Source: Amoebidium appalachense
Taxonomy: Eukaryota > Protista > Ichthyosporea
Length of the DNA: 64,000 bases
Reading direction: 5' to 3'
Assembly: GCA_963693365.1 (NCBI GenBank)
Contig: CAVNZM010000002.1
Location: 2,744,259 to 2,808,258, forward strand
A program made the translations under genes and the position numbers. The notes under the pieces are model-generated. The model was not told where the DNA came from. It worked only from the letters and a program-made list of their open reading frames with translations, and did no database searches. Of this stretch, positions 13,817 to 54,760 are shown one piece after another; position 1 is the stretch's first letter; every line of letters begins with the position of its first letter.

Positions 13817-15822
13817 TCGGGGGTCATTGACTGACCCATTCACCGGAAGATGGGTGAGCTTTTTTTTTTTTTTTTTTTTTCTTTTGGGGGGGGGGGGGGG
13901 GGGGGGGGGGGAAGCTTTGGCGTTTTCTGAAAGTGAAGAACATACCATTTTCTTTGCCAACTCCCTGTGGCATGGCTTGCACAGTGGCCGTTCACTGTTC
14001 TTGGCAAAGTCCGTGCCCACAAGGTCAAGATCGCACACCTTGTGTACCATGGCCGTCAGTAGAATTCTTAAAAAAAAATCGTAAGAGCTGAATACTAATA
14101 ATAATAATAATAAAATACATTAAAAAAAAACAGCGATGAAAAATGTCCCAGAAGCCGGCCTACACAATGCAGATTACATTCTAGGTATTAAGGCAAAATT
14201 GTGTGTTTTTGTGAGAGTGTGTGTGTGTTTGAAGGGGGGGGGAGGGGGGAGGGGGGGGGGGGGGGGGGGGGGGGGGAGGGGGGGAAGGGGGGAGGGGGGA
14301 TTAAGGAGGTGGTAGTGGTGGTGGGGTGGTAGTTGTGGTGGTGTGTGTGTGTTGGGGGGGGGGGGGGGGGGGGGGGGAGGGGGCTAGACTGTGCAACAGA
14401 GTACGAATGCGACGCACACGCTCGCGAGGGACAACATAATGCAGATCATGCAAAGCACACACAGTATGCATCATAAACAGTACCCGTCGTCGGAAGAAGG
14501 GGGGAGAAGAGGAGGAGGGGGGGAGGGGAGGGAGGCGTTGAGTGGTTACGTGTGCACGTGTTTGTACCCTGCTAAGTGTCAGCACCCGTTCAGGTAAGAT
14601 AGCATTTCTCCTACAGTCCTCTCTCCATTCGACAATACCCCCGTTCACAGAAAATCGGTCCCCTCACCCTTTCTCTCATCCCTCCGTCCGTTTTCAAGAC
14701 CAAGTCCCCCCCCCCCCCCCCCCCCCTCCCCTCCCTCCCTCCTCCCCCCCTCCCCCCCCCCCCCCCCAAAAAAAAAAAAACACCCTCCAAACTTCCACCT
14801 TCCCCTCAAACATACACACACCCATTCCCCCTCCCGCTTCTCCACCCTTGCCCACCCCCCTTTCCACCACCATCACCACTCCCCTTCCCCGTTGCACATG
14901 TGCATTCCTAGTTCCGAAAAATAACGGAGAGGGAATTTTCGGCACCTTACCTCACAACGAAAATGATGTGGGTGCCATTTCTGCCCGAGGGCCGTCAAGC
15001 AACTGGTTATGGGGCACACGTGTCAGAAAGTTTCTTAAGGTAATGTTGAAGAATCAGTGCCAGTTCAACAAAGTAGAGTGTGGGGATATATCTTTAACCA
15101 TAACATTTTGTACTTCTTGTCTACATCGAGAGCATATGGGCAGGCAGATTTTGGCCTGGATTATAATATGCACGGGTAAAAAAATATACACAAGGAGATG
15201 TGTGGTATGGCATCTGATACACAGGCACACTCGAGTGAAGATATGGTATTGCATCTATTTTTAGTACCCAATCGCATACCACCAATAGCAACTCCCATCT
15301 CTCCACACTCCCTGAACCACCGTGGCACAGGCCTTACTTATGGTAGCAGGGATCGAAAACATCGGTTACGCAAGCGCACACCAAACCAGATGGTAAATAG
15401 GATGGGAAAGGATAGCCTATGCACTTACTCCCCCATAATGTTAACTGCGCAAAAAGAGCATCTGGGGCCGTAGAGTTGCCAATAGTCGTGCTCGCAGTAC
15501 ATCCTGTTGGAAAGTCGTTAGTATCATATATATATATATATAGTAGTTATGCTACAGAGCACAACAGTACCGTGCGCATATGGCACATGTACACTGTGAT
15601 TGCAATACCTTTTAGGGCCTTGACATGTCCTGGTGGCGACTTTTCATATCTTGACAAGGAAATGGTAAAATAATGCATGTGCTGAGGAAAAAACGGGCAA
15701 ACAAAGGAGGGGCTACATCCACAACAAAGGCTTTCTTCGATTCAAAAAGACTTAGAATGTAGAATACGAAAGAACTTACCGGTCTTCGTGGACGAAAAAT
15801 ACCCCGTCCGGAAATGGCTGTG

Positions 15823-15882
<60 letters not shown>

Positions 15883-15901
15883 GTGTGTTTGTGTGTGTGT
15901 G

Positions 15902-15995
<94 letters not shown>

Positions 15996-17162
15996 TGGGT
16001 GGGTGTGTGTGTGTGTGTGTGTGTGTGGGTGTGTGTGGGTGGGTGGGTGGGTGTGCGCGTGCGCGCGCCCGCGCAAGTGTGCGTGCGTGTGCGTGCGTGC
16101 GTGCGTGTGCGGGTGTTGCAGGGGGAAAGGGAGGGGGGGGAATTAAAATGGGTTCAGAGTGCGAAGTACACATTTATGACGGACCACACCACACAGAATG
16201 CAATCCACACCAAAAAGAGTATGGGGGGAGGAGGTGTGTGTCAGAAAGCGGTCAAATACTCTTAACCAACCAAGTAACGGTTTGTATCGGAAATGAGCAT
16301 TCAGATGCTCAATCTAATAAGCGCAAAAACAATAAAAATAAAAGAAAGTCCACGTCGGTCATCTAAATACCAAGCATCCAGATCACCCGACCCCTCAATC
16401 GTCCCACCTGGAAACGAACGTGATTTCCCCCTTCTCCCCACTCCCCTCCCCCCTTCTTTACCCCCCCCCCCCCCCCCCCCCCCTACACACACACACACAC
16501 ATCTCCCGTTCACAGCAAAAAAATAAAAAAAAAAAGGAAGGGGAGGGGGGGAGGGGGGGGGGGGGAGGGGGGGGGGGGGGGCTACACAGTCAACAAAGAT
16601 TTCATGGTTCCGAAAATGAGTAACACCTATGATCTGCTCTGGAAGTCAAAAAGGGATAAAGATACATATGCTGGTGTGCTTTTGGGCATCCTTGAACAGT
16701 TCTTTGAGTTGTATCAAGGAGATATAGCTGCAGACGTTTTTTAATGCTTAACAGAAGATGTGCGTGTGTGTTTGTGTGAGATTTATGTGCGCTTTACATC
16801 CTGCATCTCTTTGGATTGCCTTTGATGCCTAATTTTTTTGGGGGGGGAAGGGGGGATTGTTTATTCCCTGTCTCGGCAACTTTTGCACGTGCGCGTGCAT
16901 AAACGAGCTGTCGCACCTCGATTCACACAAGGGATTCAGCAACATTTTTTCTTGCACCAGAACACTTAATCAAAATCTGGTTTCCAAGCCTGATGGTTAA
17001 CGTCAACGACCCCAACTTCACAAAAACATGCACATCCCTTACCTGAAGACACTGCTGACATATGTAACACTGGTCATGGAAAACCCTCCCCGCTGCCTGG
17101 ATGATCTTCTGTGTTTTGAGGCAGGGCTCCCTGCATAGCCCACAGCTTGCCTCGGTCGCCAT
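8206..17162 (-). CDS. LIMS1: PINCH / LIMS-like five-LIM-domain adaptor (ILK-PINCH-parvin complex)
   Basis: 11 phase-consistent exons (17043-17162, 15780-15817, 15429-15503, 14951-15002, 13946-14038, 13073-13141, 11705-11809, 11113-11216, 10334-10377, 9493-9638, 8206-8361) give 333 aa with five LIM domains. PINCH-typical stretches: [46 protein letters not shown] and [18 protein letters not shown]. Confidence 0.92.
9243..9410. repeat. Degenerate direct repeat in PINCH intron
   Basis: CCCAATAAGCAAACGTACACATACCTCATCCCAACCCT (about 9248) is echoed by CCCAGTAAGCAAATGCGCATATACCCTATTCCCAACCCT (about 9358). Confidence 0.6.
12396..12467 (-). tRNA. tRNA-Glu(CTC)
   Basis: 72-nt TCCGAATTGGTCTAGTGGTTAGGATTCCACGCT-CTC-ACCGTGGCGGCCGGGGTTCGATTCCCCGATTCGGAG. 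Acceptor stem TCCGAAT/ATTCGGA, A box, B box GGTTCGATTCC, and a downstream T-run Pol III terminator. Confidence 0.97.
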
Positions 17163-18196
17163 TTTGGTTCCAGAGAAAATACCCGCAAGGCCTAAACTAG
17201 TGAAAATCGTGAAAGGTCAAGAAAAACTGGTTTTTTAATACGCAAAAGCCTGCAATTTCTTCGTCGAGGACTCAGCTAGCACCAGGAGTCTTGCATAGCC
17301 TGGTAGGCAATGCCAAAATGGTAAAGACAATGTCCGTCACTAGCTTCGAATTCCCACACTGCTACCAAACAAGTGTGTGATGTTTTCTTCCACCAAACCG
17401 ATAACAGGCAGCTCTGAATTCTGGAGTCACCGGAATTTGAAAATCGAGTGGCTTCGGCCGCTGCTAACTAAAATATTAGTCTGTACAGTGTAATCTTGTT
17501 TTTTATCTGCTGACTTACTTCAACACCTCATCTTACGTATTTGTATACAAACACCTCCGACACGAGTACAACTCGTCTCACAGTTGTTGGGTGAACCGGT
17601 ACCAGTCTGTTCGGAACATGTTGAACTTACCTGCCTAATTAGGCAGGTAATTCCGATTGGGTTTCCGCGCACCGTGCTTTTTTCACCGGTTTTCACAGCT
17701 TTCGAAGGTTTTTTGTTTTTCTTTGGTTTGGTTTGTTTTTTCTAACAGGAACGTATCTATTCTAAACACTTTTCATGCTATCTGCGCATTTTACAAGTGT
17801 TCATGTACAAGTTTTGTGCAGTAGCGCGCAAGCACATGACGAATTTGTAGCTGTATCTGTGTACTGCGATACCATGGCCAGCCAGGCCAGCCGTTGAAAC
17901 AATTGTGACGTGCGCATGTCACGCATGTACCATGACACCATGTAAGTGACGTACGCCACACATGAGCATGCTGCACTGTGTGCCATTTATTTCATAGGTC
18001 TGTACGTGCGCGTGTGATGCATCCACACATGCACTTTGAACTGCAGACATGCTCATACACGCACACGGTACATTGATTGACTCGATGAACACTTGTTTGA
18101 TGATCTCAATCTCTCTCTCTCTCTCTAGATCCGTCGAGCTCTCTCCTTCTTCCTCTCTTCTCTCTCTCAGCTCCGGGGCTCTCTCTCTCTCACTCA

Positions 18197-18227
<31 letters not shown>

Positions 18228-18604
18228 TTCTCTTTCTCTGTCTCTCTCTCTCTCTAGCTCTCTCCCCCTCCACTCCCCCCCCCCCCCCCCCCCCCCCCCC
18301 CCGCCCCCCCTTCCCGCCCCTCCCTCTCTCCGGCTCCCTCCCCAGATCACCGACTGTCTCTCGTCTCTCTCTTCTCTCTCTCTTTTTCTCGAGTCTCTCG
18401 AATTCCCAGTCTCTCTCTGTCTCCCTCCCCTCCCCCCCCCCCCCCCCCCTCCCCGTGCCCCCCCCCCCCCTCCGGCCGCCCCCCCCCCCCCCCCCCCCCC
18501 CCCCATATGGCATATGCCCCCTCCCCCCCCCCCCCTCCCCCCCCCTCCCTCCCCCCCCCCTCCCCCCCGCCCGCCCGCCCGCCCGCAGGGCCCGGGGCTG
18601 GCCG

Positions 18605-18640
<36 letters not shown>

Positions 18641-18674
18641 CTTACTTGGATCTCAAACTCGCTCGCCGGATAGT

Positions 18675-19015
18675 GCCCAACCAAATCGGCAAAGTCAACT
18701 TGCAAAAGCAGAATCATTTTGCAAAAGCAGAATCACTCTGCTTTTAGCAGAATTATTCTGCAAAAGCAGAATCACTCTGCTTTTGGCAGAATTATTCTGC
18801 TTTTAGCAGAATTATTCCGCAAGAAGCAGAATAATCCTGTTTTCGACAGCAGAATAATTCTGCTAAAAACAGAATAATTCTGCTTTTATCATATTGATCC
18901 TGCTTTTAGCAGATTGATGCTGCTTTTGCAGAATAATTCTACTTTAGCAGAATAAATCTGCTTTTAGCAGAGTAATCCTGCTCGGAGCAAGTTAACTCAG
19001 CCGATATGGTTGGGC
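18675..19015. mobile_element. MITE-like element with an internal array of palindromic 15-mers
   Basis: Imperfect 29-bp terminal inverted repeats (18675-18703 vs 18987-19015, 4 mismatches) enclose about 14 copies of GCAGAATNATTCTGC separated by 4-7 nt, mostly A/T linkers. Confidence 0.7.
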
Positions 19016-19387
19016 CGTCCGGATTCTCCCCCCCCCCCCCCCCCTTCTCTCCCCCAGATCTCTCAGCTAGGTCTCTCTCTTTCTGATCTCTGTCTGATCT
19101 CTGTCTGATCGCACTCGACTCTAGCTCTCTCTCTCTCTCTCTCTCTCTCGATCTCTGATCTCTCTCTCTCTCTCTCTCTCTCCCTCTCCCTCTCTCTCCC
19201 CGTCTATCTCTCGAGATATCGATCTCTCTAGATCTCCCACTCTCCCTCCCCCCCCTCCCCCCCCCCCCCCCCCCTCCTCTCCCCTCCCCCCCCCCCCCCC
19301 CCTCCCTCTCTCTCTCGATCTCTGATCTCTCTCTCTCCTTTTATCTCTCGAGATCTCTCTCCCACACACACACACACTCTCTCTCTC

Positions 19388-19436
<49 letters not shown>

Positions 19437-20457
19437 TCTCTCCCCACCTCCCCGCCCTCTCTCTCCCCAAGCCACGCGTGCACGCATACTCAGCTTGCAC
19501 GCTCCAGTCATGCATTCGAGTTCTGTAGATACTAATATTGGATTCCTAGCTGATAAAGCTACTACCGAGGGCCTGAATAGACTCTTTCAGGTTTCGAATT
19601 CATGATCAGCCCTCTCTCTCTTTCTCTCGCAGCTGACTCTCTCTTGTCTGCAGTCTCTCTCTCTCTCTCCCCCTCTCCCTTTGTGTGTGTGCGCGCGCGC
19701 GTGTGTGCACATGCATACACAGCACCATGGACGTGCACACTGGCACACATACCTACAACTTGTGCACCCTCCCATGCACCACACAGAGTTGAGCATTCCG
19801 ACCACACGTGCACAGGCCCAAACCATACTTTTCTGACACACCCATAATCGGCCCCATTGGGGAAGCCCGGGCACAGCATCATAAGGCATGCATGGGCAAA
19901 CACGTCCGGAGCATCCATATTATAATAATCTCCATGATCCACGTGTCCCTTTAGTAAACTGCCATGCACATGCAATGCGCAATTTGCAACTTTAATTATC
20001 GGCAGAAACGATTCGTTGGTTGTTAGATTAAACATGTAGTATAAACCTCGAACCCCATCATCTCACCTGGGTTAAAAACGTATCCATTACCTCCACTTGC
20101 AACTGACAGACCGAACATACTTCAATATCCAATACTATGGTGTGACAAAGCCTTATTCCTTGTGTCAAGCCACCTGCACGCCAGTTATCATTACAGCACC
20201 AAAGTCGCACATAAAACATCAAATCGAATATAAGCAACAAACACGCATCACATCAATATTGGTCAGAGAACCGAAGCTCTTCAAGTCATAAACAAACTTC
20301 AGTTGCCAAAAATCCGTGAGCAGCAACCGAACATGGAGAAAAACAATAACGTCTGACAAAACAACGGCACACCAATCACGCCCGCATTGATGAAGCAATC
20401 AGAAACAAATCATATGTCACGTGACGTGAGAAACCAATCACCTCACAGTTTTAGTTT

Positions 20458-20725
20458 TTAATCCTCATCGTCCTCATCCTCCTCCTCCTCTTCTTCTTCG
20501 CCGTTATCCTCCGCTGGGGCGTCGGTTTTGGCTTTTTTCGCCTTTGGCTTCTTGGCTCCGCCGCCTGCAAGCGTCTTTCCATCCTTCTTGGCACGGAACA
20601 CTGCAATGGAACAAACAAGTGTGTGAGAGGGCAGTTTGCGATGTGTCTCGGTGGGTGTGGATGTGTAGTTGATGGTGGTCGTGGTTACCGGTGGTGGTGG
20701 TGTCGGTGGTGGTGGTGGTGGTGGT

Positions 20726-20769
<44 letters not shown>

Positions 20770-21859
20770 CGGGGGCACAGGGGGGAAGGGGAGGGGGGAG
20801 AGGAGGGGGGGTGGAGGGGGGAAGGGGGACGGGGAGGGTGTGTGTGTGTGTGTGTGTGTGCGTGTGTTCGGGGGCAGAGGGGGGAAGGGGAGGGGGGAGA
20901 GGAGGGGGGTGGAGGGGCGAAGGGGGACGGGGAGGGTGTGTGTGTGTGTGTGTGTGCGTGTGTGTCTGCGCGCCCGCGCCACGTATCCACGGGCCTTGGT
21001 GTGCATTCGTACGTGTGCGGATGTGTGGGTGTGTTAGCGTGTGTCTGGGTATGTGTAAACTAACTCTCGTACGTGTCCGTGTATGTGGGTGTGCATGCCT
21101 GTGAGTTTGCGTGTGCTTATGTGTGCCCATGTGACAACACCTCCCAAGAATATCTCCCCCGATCCCCCCCCCCCCCCCCGAGTGCGCCCGTCCCTCGACT
21201 GGAGGGAGGCTTGGTCCACCCAACCTGCCATGTCACACAGCAGAACATACGAGCAGGACCAACATAGCGCAAAGGGGAGGCAGAATGGCAATGTAGGCAA
21301 AGGGGAGAAGGGGGGGGGGGGGGGGGGGGGGGGAGTGGAAAAGTGGGAAAGGGGGATTAGAGTGTTTAGCAGAGTACGAAGTACGCAAGTACAAAAAGGC
21401 AGGGGGGGGGGGGGGAAGGGGGGGGGGTAGCATACTTTCTAGACTCTCCTTCAAGCATTCCTGGAACTCATCGAACTCAATGTCGCCCATTGCTTCAATC
21501 ACATCCTCGCCTGTGATGGTCTTCCGCTTCTTCTTGACCGTAATCTCATTGGCACTGGATTTGCGCAAAAAACTGTTTAGTCACCGTTTAATACTGATGT
21601 GCTTCTAAAAGACGGAAAACAATTTACTAAAACATCTTAAACATCCTTGGTCTTCAAAATGTGTACAATGCTCACGTTTCCCTTCATCTCTCTCCTCCCT
21701 TCTACACATAGTTGGTTGTCCGGTTTTGCCTCCCACCTTTAGCAAACTTAATAAATCATTATGCAATGCCGTTAGGTCTTGGTTGGGTTCAGAAATCAAG
21801 AGGCAGCCAAGAAAAGAGGGGCATGGGTTTCGATGTCTGCTTATGATGGTGTGTGTGTG

Positions 21860-21896
<37 letters not shown>

Positions 21897-22049
21897 TGTG
21901 TGCGCGCACACACACACGCGCGGTTGACTGGGGTGGGAATGGGGTGCATGAGTGAGAGAGAGAAAGAGAGGTGGGGGGGGGGGATGGGGGAAGGGAAAAG
22001 AGAGGAGGGGGGAGCCGGCGGGGGGGGAAGGGAGGGAGGGAGGGAGGGA

Positions 22050-22098
<49 letters not shown>

Positions 22099-22272
22099 GG
22101 GGGGGGGGGGGGGGTGAGACTGAGGGAAGGCAGGGGGTGGGGGTGGGGGAGAGAGGGAGAGAAGGGACAGAGAGAGAGACAATCAAGGGAGGGCGCAGGT
22201 GAGGGCGGGAGGGCGCAGGGAGGTTTGGGGGGGGGGGGGGGGGGGGGAGGGGGGAGAACGGAAAAAGGGGCG

Positions 22273-22310
<38 letters not shown>

Positions 22311-23379
22311 GCGGAAGGCAAGGGACGCCAAGTCCAGAGACGGAGAACGGGACACGGTGTAAGTTCCGACACACAATCCAAGTGTATGCAACATGCCACC
22401 AGCACGTCTTCAGAAGCAGTTTATAAATCGTGAAGGGTGGATGGTGGTGGTGGTGGTGGTGGGGGGGGGGGGGGGGGGGGGGGGGGAGGGGAGGGGGAGG
22501 GAGGGGGGATAGTCATCAGCATGGGGGGAAGAGTCGGGTGTTCAAGCAGACACAAACCTGTGGTTGAGTACATAATAAGTCATGAAAGCAGCAACAGAAA
22601 GAGGCAGTCAGTGTGATTGACTCACCACGACGTGTGTACGGAAACTTACTAGGTGGTTGTATGGACAATGAAGTGAGTTGCTGCCTTAACAAGTGCAACC
22701 TTGGCATCCTTCGAGATGTTGAACCCCTCCGGCAGCTGCAAGGTGCAACGTTCAAGAGTTTGTTAAGTGCAAAGATGGTCAAAGAGTGTGGGACAAGGAG
22801 TCCCAGGGGGTATGAGGGAGGTGGGGAAGTGGGGGGGGGGGGGGGGGGGATAGTTGCAGGAAGCCCATGCAAGGAGCAGAGGGTGGAAATTAGGCCTGAC
22901 ATGTGGGCGCTAGAAAGGAGAGTTGGGCTCAGCAGAAGTGAAGCCGAAGAGTGAACTAAATTAATAAGTCGAAGGTGGCAACAGGGGGTAATTGAAGTCT
23001 GGGTTGATCGTGAGAGGAGGAACCGAGGAGGAAGCAGGTGAGCTTAGGGGGTATGATGTGGGTTGCTGGGTTGCTACAGAGAAACGAAAACCACTCACAG
23101 AACAAACGAATCAAAACGTTATCTATCGATTTCTGGCATGTACTCAGCAAACCAATGCATGAGAAAGACTAACATTATTGTCAACCACTCCCCTAACCTC
23201 GGCCCCCTCGAGCACTCCAAAGCACGCACAGGCATCATTGCCACTAGCAAAGCGCGACAGCCACTGAAACATGAAATTAGCTTAAAAAAAAAAAGAAAGG
23301 AAGATTCATGAAATTTGCTTACCCCTTCCTTGGCTATCCGCATAATGGCGGCTGTGGGCAAATCCCTGTCGTCCGACAT
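20458..23379 (-). CDS. POLE3: Histone-fold protein, DNA polymerase epsilon subunit 3 / CHRAC17 / DPB4-like (NF-YB superfamily)
   Basis: Exons 23323-23379, 22650-22735, 21436-21554 and 20458-20600 give MSDDRDLPTAAIMRIAKEGLPEGFNISKDAKVALVKAATHFIVHTTTYANEITVKKKRKTITGEDVIEAMGDIEFDEFQECLKESLE, then a basic and an acidic tail. LPEGxNISK and AMxDIEF favour POLE3 over NF-YB. Confidence 0.82.
20763..20955. repeat. ~100-bp tandem duplication in POLE3 intron
   Basis: GTGTTCGGGGGCA(C/G)AGGGGGGAAGGGGAGG...GGGGACGGGGAGGGTGTG occurs twice, head to tail. Confidence 0.85.
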
Positions 23380-24096
23380 CTTTGTGTTTTCTACAAGACC
23401 TCTTATCACTCAGTAATAAGAGTCGAGTTGCCAAGACCAGCCTGTGCTCTAAGACGCTCAGGATGCTGCCAAGAGTGCTTCAGTGAACAGAAACGGTCAC
23501 TAACTTGCAGGCACCTACTGTGACACAACGTGTACACGTCCACCTAAACAAAACATGAACTCGAGACCTCGGCCAGGAAAAAAAAGCTTGAAAAAAAAAA
23601 GGCGCGGCTGACAATCTGGCTGACAACCGAATACGATCGTGCATGTGAGTCACGCGCCATTTGATAGATCTCCCGATTACACCCAAATTGTAAAACAAGC
23701 AAAGGCTTTGAGGCTACCCCTACCTATAAATTCATAGATTTCTCGCCCAGTCGTCAAGACAGATCGCGAGATGAAACGGCAAAATGGCCACAGTGACCAT
23801 TGTTTGTGTATCGTTTACTCCATTCAACTTCGTCTTTGCTGACACCAGAAACATTTCATTATCAAAGGAACGAGCTTTAGCAGTATGTCCATGGTGAGAA
23901 TTCGACGGCATTTATTCTGACAGCCTATCCAAAAACAAGACACAATATACACAACAAGGGTGTGTCGAAGCTAACAAAATGCATGTTGTTCCTAACAGGT
24001 GCCCGCACCTTGAGAAGAGTTGCCTTTATCACTGAATTTATCAAGAGTATACACCTTCAAAGCCCTAAACATGCCCTATAACCCTCCAAATTACAA

Positions 24097-36883
<12,787 letters not shown>

Positions 36884-37304
36884 GTTGATGGGCGTGGATA
36901 AAAAGTTAAGATGTGACGATTGATATACAGAACAAAAGGGGCGTTGGGGTAATGTGCCTTATCAAACAACTTCTTTAATCAGTTTGTAGATAGCGAAAGA
37001 ACATGTGCCTCGGGCCCTCAGAGATGCCCGTGCCTAGACTGCACGGCCCACTCAAGAGGCTGGCACATAGTGCCAACTGCTGCCTTAATGGCTATTCTTT
37101 CGTAGATGCGAAATATAATAAGGATAATATTGTTATTGTCGCCTTTATAAAAATATAAAAACAGTGATTTGAGCTTCTATGGCCCAGAGGCCAAGTTATG
37201 ATCACTCGCAACTACAATATCCCTCAGTCAGCGCTCCCTCCCATGTGACCAGACTTCCTGGCTCAAAATCGTTTCCAGAAACCTTTCAAAATACTCAACT
37301 AACG

Positions 37305-38216
37305 CTACTCAGCATCAAGTAGAGTAACAAAATTCACCTATATAACCTCTTTATCTGACTGATTGGCATGCACGGTCGAAAACAAACGTAGGCCACTTTT
37401 TCTCTCCCCCCTTTTCTTTGGGCGCCAAAAGTTTTTTTTGGCCCATACAGAAACGTAACGTCACAGCAGCGCACGCGCACAGCCGTTGGCAGGTTGCGAT
37501 GATGCGTACCTGCAGAAAGGCTGTGGTTTTGGTCCACTGGAACATGGACCAATTTGGGTCCAGAATGACGTCATCAATCACATAGTTTGCGTAAAGAGTA
37601 GTCTAAAAAGTAAAAACTTTTGATGACGTATGCAGCCACGGCGCTCGCCCTCCGCCCCCTCCCCCCCCCCCTCCCCCCTCCGCCCCCCCTTCCCCTTGGT
37701 AAACAAGTTTTCTCTGGTAAATTTACAGGGTCTATATTTTGGGTTTCAGTGAGTAGTTTGAGAGCACCGTGCCGCTCGTGTGAATGTACATGTATTTGCT
37801 TTACCTCTTGATCTTCAAAAGGAGAGTAGGGCCTTCTCCTCGTCCCCTGGGGAAACACCTCCTCATTCCTTTTTATAGAGCTGTTTTACTCCTCTTTAAT
37901 TTGCCCTTCCTTTTTTTCATTCTTTCAGTGTGTTTTTATTTGGTAGCTGCCGGGGGGCGGGGGGGGGGGGGGGGGGGGGGGGATGGAGGGGGAGAGGGGG
38001 GACGGGGGAGGAGTGGTGGGGTGTCACGTGTGGGGAGGAGGAGGGGCAGGGAGGGGGGAAGGGGGGGGGGGGGGGGGGGGAGGGGAGGAGGGTCTGAAAT
38101 TCACCACAAGCTCCGAGGACTATCGATCCATGATGATTTGGGTGACTCGAGGGCCAGATCATCCGATTGTATAGAACTATACCTAATAAATGGTTGGGGA
38201 CTGACTTATGTCCCGG

Positions 38217-38264
<48 letters not shown>

Positions 38265-38423
38265 ATTATAGTTATATCCGATTATTGCCGTCTGTCAATA
38301 AATACCATTCAGGGGTGGGTTTAAAATCGTCTAGGAGCAATATGAGGGGTAACCCTTTGGAGCTTTGGTTCATGAGTATATTCCGGAAACACTCCGGTAT
38401 CATGGTCTTGCAGGTAACCTTGG
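37305..38423 (-). CDS. Unidentified small multi-exon gene (5' end not found)
   Basis: GT-AG exons 38306-38330 (or to 38423), 38105-38182, 37805-37868, 37510-37602 and 37305-37337 join in compatible phases: ...DFKPTPEWYSSIQSDDLALESPKSSWIDSPRSLWNEEVFPQGTRRRPYSPFEDQETTLYANYVIDDVILDPNWSMFQWTKTTAFLQVNFVTLLDAE*. Confidence 0.55.
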
Positions 38424-39287
38424 CTACGTGAAACTCACACATTGAACTTAAATGATACGGCTGGAAACAAAAAACAAAACAACGGTTCTGTTTTTGACTG
38501 CTATCCAAAAAATAATGACTGTTTTATTTTCCAAAAATTCAGCAGGATATCGAACAACAATAAGAACCGGGAAAAAGGAGAAAAAAGTGAAAAGAAAACA
38601 AAACAAAAACCCCCGAACTAAAATACATCTGATCGTTGTTATTGGCTGTCACAGGCCACTGCAAAGCTCAAGTTGACTACAGCACTTGTGCTTTCTGTAA
38701 CCGTTGAAGCCCCCCCTCCCCTCCCCCTCCCCCATCCCCACCCCCTTCCCCCAACCCTGCCTGCGTATGCCTATGTAGGCCTGCAGACCGACTCCTGCAC
38801 CATACAGGAGAGAAGATTTGGGAAAACATTTTTTGAAGACTTAATCCTACATGCGATCACGAACATAAAATATGCGATCACAAACATAAAATACAAAGCT
38901 TTAAACATTTTTCCGGAATCCCTCCCCTTGCCACCAGTATCACGTGTAAGGCAACAAACCATGGGAGCGCGCACGCGCTGCACACAAATATTGCTCACTC
39001 GCGCCGCTCACGCACATGCACACACACGCGCACGCCACACACACGGACACACAAGCATAGGCATACAAGATGCAACTCTTACACTGGCACTTGCCCATAC
39101 ATAAGCGGGGCACACACCCCATATGAACCCCCGACTCTGTTGTACACGAAAATGTCCACATGATCATACACGAAACTATGCCCAAAAGGCTAAGAGTTTG
39201 ATCGACCTGGAATCATCATTCTCACAGCAATAACAACTATATTGGTACTCATGTCTCTTTCGGTACAGTGTGCTTCAACCTGCGACA

Positions 39288-54760
<15,473 letters not shown>

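Noticed and set aside
15099-15155. Possible extra LIM-like PINCH exon ([19 protein letters not shown])
   Set aside because: Flanking exons already join in phase into complete LIM domains. This piece is phase-incompatible and has a poor donor.
18700-18985. CRISPR-like regular palindromic repeats
   Set aside because: Linkers are only 4-7 nt of mostly A/T, there are no unique spacers or cas genes, and the context is eukaryotic.
19562-20340. Possible additional minus-strand gene downstream of POLE3
   Set aside because: Some donor-like sites, but no consistent exon chain or homology.
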